Origin: an uncultured Pseudomonadales bacterium
GTDB taxonomy: Bacteria; Patescibacteriota; Microgenomatia; UBA1400; PJMF01
DNA: 64,000 nucleotides
Assembly (NCBI GenBank): GCA_964588685.1
Contig: CAZPQG010000001.1
Coordinates: 6,202-70,201 of the forward strand
Reading direction: 5' to 3'
Shown here piece by piece: positions 10,502 through 19,588 of the stretch; positions within the stretch are counted from its first letter, which is position 1; each line of letters opens with the position of its first letter. Below the pieces are notes generated by a model. It searched no databases, was not told where the DNA came from, and saw only the letters and a list, made by a program, of their open reading frames with translations. Both the position numbers and the translations under genes were made by a program.

Positions 10502-10981
10502 TTAATCTTCTTTATCTTCCTTGTTTTCTTCCTGTTCTTCAGCCTGCTCAATAGTACCGCCCAAAGAAGTAATGACTTCGGCTGCACCGGCAGAAACTTT
10601 TACTCCTTTCACTGTTACCTTCTTTTCCAAACGCCCTTTTTTAATTATTTTGGCCTCCTTAAAAGCAGGATCAATGATGCGATTTGCTTTCAATGTTTTT
10701 AAAGAAACGACATCAAAATCAAAAGCATTAATCTCATCTAAATTAAGCTCGGCAGTTTTCTCTCGTTCTTTGAATCTTCTTTTACCTCTAATCATAGGAA
10801 ATTTTTTTGTAAACGGCAGCTGACCGCCTTCGAACCAAAGTGGAATTCTGTGGTTTGAGCGTGATTTTTGACCTTTCTGCCCTCTATTAGTAGTATGACC
10901 GCCTTTACCGGAGCCATAACCTCGGCCTAATCTTTTCTTTTTCTTAGTAGTAGTTTTTTTAAGTTGATTTAATAAACTCAT
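10502..10981 (-). CDS. rplO: 50S ribosomal protein L15 with acidic C-terminal tail
   Basis: ...KRLGRGYGSGKGGHTTNRGQKGQKSRS...; tail EQAEEQEENKEDKED. Confidence 0.92.
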   Translation of the reverse strand: MSLLNQLKKTTTKKKKRLGRGYGSGKGGHTTNRGQKGQKSRSNHRIPLWFEGGQLPFTKKFPMIRGKRRFKEREKTAELNLDEINAFDFDVVSLKTLKANRIIDPAFKEAKIIKKGRLEKKVTVKGVKVSAGAAEVITSLGGTIEQAEEQEENKEDKED

Positions 10982-11002
10982 AATTTGCGTCTTTTTAAAA
11001 TT

Positions 11003-11728
11003 CTATTTTTTCTTAGCAGATTTTTTCCCATCTCTTTCTTTCTTATTTTTTCCCTTTTTGCTGCCTGTCTCTTTTTGATTAGCTTTTGCTTCTTTATCAG
11101 TTTCTTCTTTTTTAGCCGCAGTTTTTTTTGCCCTGTGTTTTTTAGCCGCAGTCTTCTTCTTGGCTTTTGATTGCTTTTTCTTTTTTGTTTTTTTGGTCTT
11201 AGATTTAGCGCGTTGCTTCTTTTTCGACTTTTGATCACTGCCCTCATCGTTTAGAGTAATGTCTCTTACTTTTACAATCCGCGCCGTCGCTTTCAAAGCC
11301 TCTAAAGCAGCGTAGACATTAGTAGCCGGATTATCACTGCCCAAAATCTTGGCAGACACATCTTTAATACCTGCTACTTCCATTATTTGCCGTACTGAAC
11401 CGCCGGCGATAACTCCGGACCCCGGAGCTGCAGGCTTTAATAACACATGACCAGCTCCAAATTTACCTTCAATGGTAAAAGGAATAGTGGTACCGTCTCT
11501 TGGCACTTCAATCATCTTTTTACGAGCTAAACGTGCACCTTTGCGAATAGCATCAACGACTCCCGGTGCTTTGCCTAAAGCCACTCCAATCTTGCCTTTT
11601 CTATCTCCAACTACCATTAGGGCTGAAAAGCTCATTTGATCTCCGCCTTTAGTTTTAGTTGACACTCGAGAAATACGAATTACTTTTTCCTCGAATTTTT
11701 TCTGATTACGATTTTTTTGTGGCGCCAT
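11003..11728 (-). CDS. rpsE: 30S ribosomal protein S5 with ~80-aa lysine/alanine-rich C-terminal extension
   Basis: S5 core (…GKIGVALGKAPGVVDAIRKG…ATNVYAALEAL…) followed by a KSKKKQRAKSKTKKTKKKKQSKAKKKTAAKK... tail. Confidence 0.88.
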   Translation of the reverse strand: MAPQKNRNQKKFEEKVIRISRVSTKTKGGDQMSFSALMVVGDRKGKIGVALGKAPGVVDAIRKGARLARKKMIEVPRDGTTIPFTIEGKFGAGHVLLKPAAPGSGVIAGGSVRQIMEVAGIKDVSAKILGSDNPATNVYAALEALKATARIVKVRDITLNDEGSDQKSKKKQRAKSKTKKTKKKKQSKAKKKTAAKKHRAKKTAAKKEETDKEAKANQKETGSKKGKNKKERDGKKSAKKK

Positions 11729-11793
11729 ATATTCTTTGTTAAATTATTAAAGTTAAACTTAATAGATTAATGCAAACTTATAAAAAGTAAACT

Positions 11794-12153
11794 TTATAAA
11801 TTAATACCTTCCTTTCTTAAAGCTTCAGCTGCCGCTTTGACTCGACCGTGGTATTTATACGGCCCTCGGTCAAAAACTACTTGCTTAATATTATTTTTTT
11901 TCATTAGCTGAGCCAGATCTTTAGCCACTGCCGCCGCCCGTTCTGTTTTACTGCCTTGATAGTTTTCATCATGAGCAATATCACTCAAGGCTAAAATAGT
12001 TTCTCCGACCTCATCATCTACTAATTGTAAATAAATATATCTATTGGATCTAAAAACAGATAAACGAGGCCTGTCAGCAGTCCCGTATAATTTTTTACGA
12101 ACCGCTCTCTTTCTCTTTTCTTGTCTGGTGCGATGCTTAACTTTATGAGGCAT
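11794..12153 (-). CDS. rplR: 50S ribosomal protein L18
   Basis: ...RPRLSVFRSNRYIYLQLVDD... Confidence 0.92.
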   Translation of the reverse strand: MPHKVKHRTRQEKRKRAVRKKLYGTADRPRLSVFRSNRYIYLQLVDDEVGETILALSDIAHDENYQGSKTERAAAVAKDLAQLMKKNNIKQVVFDRGPYKYHGRVKAAAEALRKEGINL

Positions 12154-12232
12154 AGTTTAAATAAATAATAAATTTTTTTTGATTATTAAAAATGACTGCA
12201 TGTTAATTATTATTGTTCAAATTTATTTCAAT

Positions 12233-12772
12233 TTATTCCGTAGCTGTTTTGCCGGGTTTAATTTTTACCTGCTCATCTTCATAGCGAATACCTTTGCCTT
12301 TATAGGGCTCAGGCGGCTTAATATCTCTAATATTCGCAGCGGCTTGACCCACCAATTGTTTGTCAATGCCGGAAATAATAATTGTATCATTACCTTCTAT
12401 CTCCAACTTAATATCAGGAATCGGCTCCACTTCCACCGGATGTGAGTAGCCAACTGTCATTTCTAAACCTTGCCCTTTTTTCTTAACTCTATATCCAGTT
12501 CCAACTAACTTTAATACCTTTTTGTAACCTTCAGTCACACCAATAACATGACCGTTAATTAAGCTTCTCACTAAGCCATGAAACGATCTGATTTCTTTAG
12601 TATCTTGGTCCCTCGACACTTTAATTTGACCGTCCTCAACTACAACCTGAATATGCCTAAAAAGCGGAGCAGAAAGTTCCCCTTTTGGCCCTTTTATTAA
12701 AACTTTATTCTTTTTTACTTCAACCTTAACTTCATCAGGTAAAGTAATTGGTGTTCTGCCGATTTTTGACAT
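12233..12772 (-). CDS. rplF: 50S ribosomal protein L6
   Basis: MSKIGRTPITLPDEVKVEVKKNKVLIKGPKGEL... Confidence 0.92.
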   Translation of the reverse strand: MSKIGRTPITLPDEVKVEVKKNKVLIKGPKGELSAPLFRHIQVVVEDGQIKVSRDQDTKEIRSFHGLVRSLINGHVIGVTEGYKKVLKLVGTGYRVKKKGQGLEMTVGYSHPVEVEPIPDIKLEIEGNDTIIISGIDKQLVGQAAANIRDIKPPEPYKGKGIRYEDEQVKIKPGKTATE

Positions 12773-12819
12773 ATTTTTTAAATTAAAAATACTATTAAGT
12801 TACACAATAAATAAAAATA

Positions 12820-13215
12820 TTACCAAACTTGAAACATTAATTCTCCACCCACATTTTTTTCTCTAGCTTCTGCATCGGTTAAGATGCCTTGGTTGGTTGA
12901 CAGCAAAGTAATACCGTAATGATTTAATGTTAACGGTATATTTTTAGCGCCGGCATATAGTCTTCTGCCGGGAGATGAAATTCTTTTTAAACCGGAAATA
13001 GCCGGCAAATCATCAACGTATCTTAGTTTCACTAAAATTTCTTTTTGCGGATCTTTATCCAAGACCTCATAATCCTGAATGTATTTATTTTCCTTAAGCT
13101 TTAAAATGATGGCCTCTTTCATTTTTGAATGAGGAACCACCGTCTGCTCCTTTTTTGCCAAAAGGGCATTTTTAAGCCTGATAAACATGTCGCTGATAGG
13201 ATCTGAGATTAACAT
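12820..13215 (-). CDS. rpsH: 30S ribosomal protein S8
   Basis: MLISDPISDMFIRLKNA... Confidence 0.92.
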   Translation of the reverse strand: MLISDPISDMFIRLKNALLAKKEQTVVPHSKMKEAIILKLKENKYIQDYEVLDKDPQKEILVKLRYVDDLPAISGLKRISSPGRRLYAGAKNIPLTLNHYGITLLSTNQGILTDAEAREKNVGGELMFQVW

Positions 13216-13234
13216 AATCTTTTTAATAAATTTT

Positions 13235-13477
13235 TTATTTGCTTGCTTTAACTACTCCGGGCAGTTCTCCTTTAGAAGCTAGCTCTCTAAAAGTTAGTCT
13301 GCTTAAGCCAAAATAACTCATATAACCTCTAGGCCGACCCGTAATTTTACACCGAGTTACACCTCGAGTTGAGACCCGATTCTTTTTTCTTTTGTCTTTA
13401 CTTAAATATTTATCAAAATATTTTTTTCTTTTCTTTCTAAGACGTCTTGATTTAATGATTTTTGCTTTTTTTGCCAT
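13235..13477 (-). CDS. rpsN: 30S ribosomal protein S14 (80 aa, no CxxC zinc motif)
   Basis: ...[39 protein letters not shown]. Confidence 0.88.
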   Translation of the reverse strand: MAKKAKIIKSRRLRKKRKKYFDKYLSKDKRKKNRVSTRGVTRCKITGRPRGYMSYFGLSRLTFRELASKGELPGVVKASK

Positions 13478-13523
13478 ATATGAGCCATTAATATTTTTTT
13501 ACTAAAAAATGATTATTATCTTT

Positions 13524-14081
13524 TTATTCTTCTTCCTTTGCAAAGGGCATACCTAATAATTCCAATAATTGAAAAGCTTCAGCATCATCTTCGGTATCAG
13601 TCACTATCACCACTTGCAAACCCCTAACTGAATCTATCTCGTCGTAATCTATCTCCGGAAATACAATCTGCTCATCCAAACCTAAATTATAGTTGCCGTG
13701 ACCGTCAAAAGCTGTTCTAGAAACACCTTTAAAATCTTTAACTCTCGGTAAAACAATTGCAATCAATTTATCTAAAAACTGCCACATTTTATCAGCTCTT
13801 AAAGTAACCTTGACTCCCAACGGCTCTCCTTTTTGTAAAGAAAAATCCGAAATAGCTTTTTTAGCTGTGGTCATTTGAGCTTTTTGGCCGGTAATAGCAG
13901 CAAATTGTTGTTGAACATTGTCAATTACTTTTTTTCTTTCGCCGGCGTCTTCAGGTTTAGAAATTCCGGTGTTAAGCACAATTTTTTCTATTTGAGGCAC
14001 AGCCATTTTACTAGGCAGATCCAACTCTGATATGAGCTTTTTTTGTATTTCCTGCTGGTATTTTTCTCTTAAACGATTCAT
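13524..14081 (-). CDS. rplE: 50S ribosomal protein L5
   Basis: MNRLREKYQQEIQKKLISELDLPSKMAVPQIEKIVLN... Confidence 0.92.
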   Translation of the reverse strand: MNRLREKYQQEIQKKLISELDLPSKMAVPQIEKIVLNTGISKPEDAGERKKVIDNVQQQFAAITGQKAQMTTAKKAISDFSLQKGEPLGVKVTLRADKMWQFLDKLIAIVLPRVKDFKGVSRTAFDGHGNYNLGLDEQIVFPEIDYDEIDSVRGLQVVIVTDTEDDAEAFQLLELLGMPFAKEEE

Positions 14082-14084
14082 TTT

Positions 14085-14474
14085 TTATTTTTCTTTTTTT
14101 GCTGCCTCATTTTGCTGTGCTTGTAAATCCGCCTTTTCCTGAGCAGTACTTTCCGGCTGCTGATAAGGAATTGGCTGGCCTGTTTTTTTAAAAATTCTCT
14201 GTTTGGTACCGTCTTCTTTAAATTGATAGCCAATTCTATCCGGTTGGCCTTTTTGATTTAAAATAGCAATTTTAGCCGGTTCTATTGGTCTTTCCAAAAC
14301 TGTTCTTTCTCCGGGCCGATTCATCATCGGCATAGGTTGAATATGTTTAACATATAAATTTACGTCTTTCACTACCACCTTATTTTCTTTGGGCAAGACT
14401 TTAGTAATAACACTTTTTTTACCTTTGTCTTTACCGGCTGTAATAATGACTTTATCGTTGATATTAAATTTCAT
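14085..14474 (-). CDS. rplX: 50S ribosomal protein L24 with C-terminal extension
   Basis: MKFNINDKVIITAGKDKGKKSVITKVL... KOW motif. Confidence 0.9.
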   Translation of the reverse strand: MKFNINDKVIITAGKDKGKKSVITKVLPKENKVVVKDVNLYVKHIQPMPMMNRPGERTVLERPIEPAKIAILNQKGQPDRIGYQFKEDGTKQRIFKKTGQPIPYQQPESTAQEKADLQAQQNEAAKKEK

Positions 14475-14484
14475 ATTTTTTCCT

Positions 14485-14859
14485 TTACAATACCTCCGGA
14501 GCTAAACTAGCAATTCTTCTATAACCTCGTTTTCTAACCTCTTTGGCTATCGGGCCAAATACTCGAGTGCCGATAGGCACAGGGGTTTGGCGCGACTCTA
14601 CAATCACAGCTGCATTATCGTCAAAACGGATATATTCGCCGTTTTCACGACGTTTTTCTTTTTTAGTACGCACAATTACAGCTTGGACTTTTTCTCCCCT
14701 GCGGACAGTGGCATTGGGGTCAGCGTCAATGACTGAAGCCGAAATCATATCACCAACATAACCAAATTTGCGTTTAGAGCCTCCGTACACAAGAATGACT
14801 CTAATCCTTTTGGCTCCTGTATTGTCTGCTACCTTAAGAACTGATCTTAATTGTATCAT
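14485..14859 (-). CDS. rplN: 50S ribosomal protein L14
   Basis: MIQLRSVLKVADNTGAKRIRVI... Confidence 0.93.
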   Translation of the reverse strand: MIQLRSVLKVADNTGAKRIRVILVYGGSKRKFGYVGDMISASVIDADPNATVRRGEKVQAVIVRTKKEKRRENGEYIRFDDNAAVIVESRQTPVPIGTRVFGPIAKEVRKRGYRRIASLAPEVL

Positions 14860-14898
14860 GATTTAAATAATTGCTTACACTAATGTTGTTAATTAAAA

Positions 14899-15135
14899 TT
14901 ATGATTGACTTAAATTTTCAATCACTTTAAAGTGTTTTGTTTTACTAATCGGACGGCATTCTTGAATTAATACTTTATCTCCCACTGCTAAATCAATATC
15001 ATCCACATGGCAAGCATGTCTCTTTGACCGATTAATATACTTTTTATATAAAGGATGCTTCCATTTGCGCACTAACTCAACTGTCGCAGTTTTTTCTCTA
15101 GCTAATGAAGTTACAATGCCTTTAAACGTTTTCAT
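14899..15135 (-). CDS. rpsQ: 30S ribosomal protein S17
   Basis: MKTFKGIVTSLAREKTATVELVRKWKHPLYKKY... Confidence 0.92.
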   Translation of the reverse strand: MKTFKGIVTSLAREKTATVELVRKWKHPLYKKYINRSKRHACHVDDIDLAVGDKVLIQECRPISKTKHFKVIENLSQS

Positions 15136-15169
15136 TTTTTTGTTTTAGTTAAATGATTAATTAATGTGA

Positions 15170-15451
15170 TTAATTGTTATCTTTTGCCGGCTCTTCGCCG
15201 TCAGCTTGGTCTTTGCTGGCAGCCTGCTCCTCACTAGCAGCTTGTTCTTCCTTGGCACTTTTTTTCTCTGTTAAAATAGTTTTAATTCTGGCTGCATCTT
15301 TTCTTAATCTATCCGGCTTGCTCGTATCATCAAGTTTTTGAGCAGCCAGCTCCAATCGTGTTAAAGCCAGTTCTTGCTGCAATTGCTCCAACTGCTGCTG
15401 CAGCTGAACAATTGATTTTTGATGCAAGGCTTTAATTTGCTTAGTTTTCAT
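15170..15451 (-). CDS. rpmC: 50S ribosomal protein L29 with acidic C-terminal extension
   Basis: Q/L-rich coiled coil typical of L29, at the conserved position between L16 and S17. Confidence 0.88.
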   Translation of the reverse strand: MKTKQIKALHQKSIVQLQQQLEQLQQELALTRLELAAQKLDDTSKPDRLRKDAARIKTILTEKKSAKEEQAASEEQAASKDQADGEEPAKDNN

Positions 15452-15454
15452 AGC

Positions 15455-15862
15455 TTAATCCTTAATAACAAACTTTGTTTTCACAGGCAGCTTATGAGCC
15501 GCTTTTCTAAAAGCAGAGCGAGCAGTGGCTTCATCAACTCCACCCAGTTCAAATAATATTGTGCCCGGCTGCACTTTAGCTTCATAATGATCTACTTCTC
15601 CTTTACCTGAACCCATTTTTACTCCAGACGGTTTTTGAGTCATAGGCTTATGAGGAAAAACTCTAACCCAATACTTACCGCTCCTTTGAGTAACAAAAGT
15701 AATTTTTTTACGAGCTGCCTCTAAAGCTCGAGCCTTAATACGGCCTCTTTCTATAGCCTTTAAGCCATAACTACCGAAATCAACATTGGTTCCCCTGGAA
15801 GCCATGCCTCTATTTCTGCCTCTAAATTCTTTCCGGTATTTTCTGCGTTTTGGCTGCAACAT
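15455..15862 (-). CDS. rplP: 50S ribosomal protein L16
   Basis: MLQPKRRKYRKEFRGRNRGMA... Confidence 0.93.
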   Translation of the reverse strand: MLQPKRRKYRKEFRGRNRGMASRGTNVDFGSYGLKAIERGRIKARALEAARKKITFVTQRSGKYWVRVFPHKPMTQKPSGVKMGSGKGEVDHYEAKVQPGTILFELGGVDEATARSAFRKAAHKLPVKTKFVIKD

Positions 15863-15919
15863 AAATTTATAATTAGTTTAAAATTGTTAATTTTTATTTT
15901 TAATATTTTTTAAAACAAG

Positions 15920-15978
15920 TTAGGCCTCTTGCTCATCAGTTATTTTGTTTTTTAGCCTTCTTGCTCATCAGTTATTTC
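15920..15978. repeat. ~31-bp tandem duplication covering the rpsC 3' end including its stop codon
   Basis: cctcttgctcatcagttatttt at 15925-15946 and ccttcttgctcatcagttatttc at 15956-15978. The downstream copy encodes the real C-terminus ...ITDEQEG*; the remnant would read ...ITDEQEA* out of frame. Confidence 0.6.
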
Positions 15979-16623
15979 ACCTTTGTAAATCCAAACCTTA
16001 ACACCGACAAAACCACTCCTTGTTTTGGCCGGGGTTTCATAATAATCAATATTAGCTCTTAAAGTTTGCGTCGGCACACTGCCTTCAGTGTATTTTTCTA
16101 CACGACCAATTTCAGTACCGCCAATTCTTCCCGAAAGCTGTATTTTAACACCTTTTGCTCCAGATGACATCACTTTCTCTATCGCTTGGCTCACAGCCCG
16201 GCGATGAGGATAACGGCCTATTAATTGGTAAGTTAATCTTTCAGCAATTAATTTAGCACTTAATTCAGGTTTTTCTACTTCTTCTACTTTGATATTGACT
16301 CTAATTTTCTTACCGGACTTAGTGTTTTTAGTGGCCGATAACATCTCCTCAATAGTATTTTTAATTTCCTCTAAATTAGAACCGCCTTTTCCAATCACTA
16401 CACCCGGACGGCTAACACTTAAAGTTATCTGCATTGTGGTTAAAGATCTCTCAATCACTACCTCATCCAAGCCGGCATTGGTTAGCTTTTTTTGTAAATA
16501 AGAACGCAAGCGGTAATCTTCCAGCACTTTATCCGAATAATTATCCTTATCTGCAAACCATCTTGATTTCCAAGAATAAAATTTGCCCATGCGAAATAGT
16601 ATTGGATTAACTTTTTGTCCCAT
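15952..16623 (-). CDS. rpsC: 30S ribosomal protein S3
   Basis: MGQKVNPILFRMGKFYSWKSRWFA... KH domain. Confidence 0.93.
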   Translation of the reverse strand: MGQKVNPILFRMGKFYSWKSRWFADKDNYSDKVLEDYRLRSYLQKKLTNAGLDEVVIERSLTTMQITLSVSRPGVVIGKGGSNLEEIKNTIEEMLSATKNTKSGKKIRVNIKVEEVEKPELSAKLIAERLTYQLIGRYPHRRAVSQAIEKVMSSGAKGVKIQLSGRIGGTEIGRVEKYTEGSVPTQTLRANIDYYETPAKTRSGFVGVKVWIYKGEITDEQEG

Positions 16624-16694
16624 ATTTTGACTTTTTAATTATTTTTAATATTTTTAATTAGTGATTTATCTTATTAAGATTGTTGTTAAATTTT

Positions 16695-17285
16695 TTAAAG
16701 TCCGCTTTTTCTTCTGTGTGTCTTAGTAATAGGATTTTTAACCTGAGTCTGATCTTTGTCTTTCAGTTTTGCCTGTGGTTCTGCCTGAGGCTTAATAAAT
16801 TTCTTGGCCTTAGAATCAGACTTCGCTTTGGTTTTAACATCACTTTTTTTCTTTTTTTCAGTTTTAGGTTTAGCTGCTTGCTTCTTTTCTTTCTTAGCGG
16901 CTGTGCTTTGTTCGGTTTGCTTAGCTGCCTGAGCGGCTGAAGCAGCCATCTCTTCTTTAGTACTTAAAATTGCCTCAACATGACAAGTTCTTTTTAAAAT
17001 TTTATGACCTCTGCCTCTGGATACCGGCCTCATTCTTTTATAAGTAGGTCCTGTTTTAACTAAAATGTTATCTATTTCTAAATTTTCAATTTGCAAATTG
17101 TGATTATGAGTGGCATTGGCTACTGCCTGCCTCAATACTTTCAACAGCACCACTGAAGCCTTACGCTCCATTAAAGACAGCTGCACAAAAGCTTCTTCCA
17201 AAGACAGATCTTTAACTTCGTTAGCCAATAATCTAACCTTGCGCGGCGATTGTCTGGAATTTTTTTGTTCTGCTTTAATTTTCAT
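16695..17285 (-). CDS. rplV: 50S ribosomal protein L22 with ~85-aa K/A-rich C-terminal extension
   Basis: L22 core (…LLANEVKDLSLEEAFVQLS…RMRPVSRGRGHKILKRTCHVEAIL) followed by a lysine-rich tail. Confidence 0.9.
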   Translation of the reverse strand: MKIKAEQKNSRQSPRKVRLLANEVKDLSLEEAFVQLSLMERKASVVLLKVLRQAVANATHNHNLQIENLEIDNILVKTGPTYKRMRPVSRGRGHKILKRTCHVEAILSTKEEMAASAAQAAKQTEQSTAAKKEKKQAAKPKTEKKKKSDVKTKAKSDSKAKKFIKPQAEPQAKLKDKDQTQVKNPITKTHRRKSGL

Positions 17286-17330
17286 TATGATGCTTGTTAA
17301 AAATTGCTATTTATAAATTTTAAAGCTTGA

Positions 17331-17615
17331 TTAAGTCTTGGTAATAATTCTTTTCACCATTCGGCCGTGGCCTCTAAAAATTCTAGTGGGGGCAAATTCT
17401 CCCAATCGATGACCAACCATATTCTCGTTCACAAAGACTTCTTCAAAACCTTTGCCTTTGTGTACCAAAAAAGTATGACCCACAAACTCAGGGGCAATCA
17501 TACATGCTCGGTTGTAAGTTTTAAGTGGCTGCTTGTCACCGGTCACTTTTTGTTCCTTAACCTTAGTCATTAAAACTTGATCAACGTATGGTCCTTTTTT
17601 ACTGCTTCTTGCCAT
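17331..17615 (-). CDS. rpsS: 30S ribosomal protein S19
   Basis: [19 protein letters not shown]... Confidence 0.93.
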   Translation of the reverse strand: MARSSKKGPYVDQVLMTKVKEQKVTGDKQPLKTYNRACMIAPEFVGHTFLVHKGKGFEEVFVNENMVGHRLGEFAPTRIFRGHGRMVKRIITKT

Positions 17616-17701
17616 ATTTTTAAATAGTTATTAGATAATTTATTTTTCCTGTTAATTAGATGTCGATCTTTTTAATATCTGTTTAAGTTTTATTAATTTA
17701 A

Positions 17702-18538
17702 TTATTTCTTCTCTCTGCGGTCTTTGACAATATATTTATTAGTAAATTTTTTACGTCTAGTCTTCTTCCCTGGTGAGGCAATCTTGCCCCAAGGGGTTTT
17801 TGCGTATTTCAAGCCAACACCGCTTCTGCCTTCACCACCGCCGTGAGGGTGTGAACCCGGGTGCTGGGCCGTACCGCGCACCGTTGGTCGAATGCCCATT
17901 AATCTTCTTCGGCCGGCTTTTCCAATTTTTCTATTTTTCCAATCAGCATTTCCTATCTGACCGATGGTGGCAAAACATTTTAAATTTATAAACCGATGTT
18001 CCTTTGAGGGCAGTTCCACAACTGCATACTTTTCTTCTTTTGACTGAATTAAAGCTGCTGTTCCGGCGCCTCTCACAATTTGCCCGCCTTTGCCTGGTCT
18101 TAACTCTATATTATGAATTGGCATTCCCACCGGAATTTCGCTTAAAGGTAGAGCATTGCCTGGTTCCGGCTCCACTGATTTGCCGGCTAAAATTGTATCT
18201 CCCAACTTAATTTTTTTAGGTGCTAAAATATATCTTTTTTCACCATCAGCATAATAAATTAAAGCAATATTAGCACTGCGCATGGGGTCATATTCAATAC
18301 GCTGTACCACACCGGGTACGCCTAATTTATCTCTGCGAAAATCAATAATTCTCTGCTTTTTCTTAACTCCGCCGCCTCTGTGTCTCATAGTAATATGGCC
18401 TTGATAACCCCGACCTTGCCTTTTCTTATGACCTTTGCGCAACAGTGATTTTTCCGGCTTGCCCGAATGCAAATCTGTTCGATCTATCTTGACCTGATGT
18501 CTGGTTGCTGGTGATGTAGGTTTTTTCTTTTTAAGCAT
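17702..18538 (-). CDS. rplB: 50S ribosomal protein L2
   Basis: ...GRNNNGHITMRHRGGG.K...RTVRGTAQHPGSHPHGGGEGR... Confidence 0.93.
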   Translation of the reverse strand: MLKKKKPTSPATRHQVKIDRTDLHSGKPEKSLLRKGHKKRQGRGYQGHITMRHRGGGVKKKQRIIDFRRDKLGVPGVVQRIEYDPMRSANIALIYYADGEKRYILAPKKIKLGDTILAGKSVEPEPGNALPLSEIPVGMPIHNIELRPGKGGQIVRGAGTAALIQSKEEKYAVVELPSKEHRFINLKCFATIGQIGNADWKNRKIGKAGRRRLMGIRPTVRGTAQHPGSHPHGGGEGRSGVGLKYAKTPWGKIASPGKKTRRKKFTNKYIVKDRREKK

Positions 18539-18581
18539 TTTTATATATAAATCAGTTTAGAGTTTAAATTAATGAATCAAT

Positions 18582-18872
18582 TTACTCGCTAATATCAAAT
18601 AATTCAATCTTTTGTCCTGGCGCAAGTTTCACTAACGCCTTTTTTTGGACAGTATTTAATTTTTGGATTCTTCTGCTGCCCACTCGTCTGCGCTTACTTG
18701 GTGCAACAATAGTATTAACTCTTTCTACTTCAACTTCAAACAATTCTTCGATCTCACTTTTAATTTGAGGTTTTGCAGCCTTAAAAGCAACCTCAAAAGT
18801 GTAAACGTTTTGTTCGTTTGCCAGATTAAGCGTCTTTTCAGTAATAATAGGTTTTTTAATTAATTTACTCAT
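18582..18872 (-). CDS. rplW: 50S ribosomal protein L23
   Basis: Conserved position and length; ...YTFEVAFKAAKPQIKSEIEELFEVEV... Confidence 0.88.
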   Translation of the reverse strand: MSKLIKKPIITEKTLNLANEQNVYTFEVAFKAAKPQIKSEIEELFEVEVERVNTIVAPSKRRRVGSRRIQKLNTVQKKALVKLAPGQKIELFDISE

Positions 18873-19500
18873 TTTGCTGCAAAGCTTCTAACGCTTCGCT
18901 GGTTAAAATTATTAAATCAGCTTTAGCAACAACTAAAGCATTAAGCTGGTTAGCCAGCAAAACTCTGATATTTTTGATATTGTTAACAGCCCGATTAAAT
19001 TTTTCATTTTTTTCTGTAAGAACAATTAAAATTATATTTTCAGTTAATTCAAATGCTTCGTTAAAATCGTTAATAATATCATCCAACAACTGAAAAGCTT
19101 CTTTTGTCTTACCTGATAATTCCAATATTTCATCATTAATTAAAATGTTCTCAACTTGTGCCGACAATGCAGCTCTCAAAGCTTGCTTTTTTTGTTGCTG
19201 AGATAAACTTTTTTTCCAATTTTCCATACCGGTTGGACCATGAGCAACAGCTCCACCGACGAACAAGGTAGCGTCTTGAGCTCCGTGTCTAGCATTGCCC
19301 GTCCCTTTTTGGGCATACCATTTACGCGTAGTGACAGACACATCTGATCTAGTCTGAGTTTTACTGGTGCCTTGCCTTTTATTAGACAGATACACTCTTA
19401 CCGCTTGAGCCAAAAGTTGATCATTGATATTGTCAAAAACTTGATCACTCACTGTCAAGCTGCTATTTCGGCCGGTAGTTCTAATTACTTTAATTTTCAT
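18865..19500 (-). CDS. rplD: 50S ribosomal protein L4
   Basis: ...KWYAQKGTGNARHGAQDATLFVGGAVAHGP... Confidence 0.92.
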   Translation of the reverse strand: MKIKVIRTTGRNSSLTVSDQVFDNINDQLLAQAVRVYLSNKRQGTSKTQTRSDVSVTTRKWYAQKGTGNARHGAQDATLFVGGAVAHGPTGMENWKKSLSQQQKKQALRAALSAQVENILINDEILELSGKTKEAFQLLDDIINDFNEAFELTENIILIVLTEKNEKFNRAVNNIKNIRVLLANQLNALVVAKADLIILTSEALEALQQNE

Positions 19501-19588
19501 CTTTTATTAATTATGTTACTTATCTAAAATTATTAATGTTAATTATCTAATTTTAAAATCTATTATTTTTAAATTCTAAGTATTAAGT

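Noticed and set aside
10978-11247. 89-aa K/R-rich ORF at the position where rpmD (L30) would be expected
   Set aside because: No similarity to L30. It is an alternative frame over the A-rich DNA encoding the S5 lysine tail, so rpmD is considered absent. The frame ambiguity is kept as a finding.
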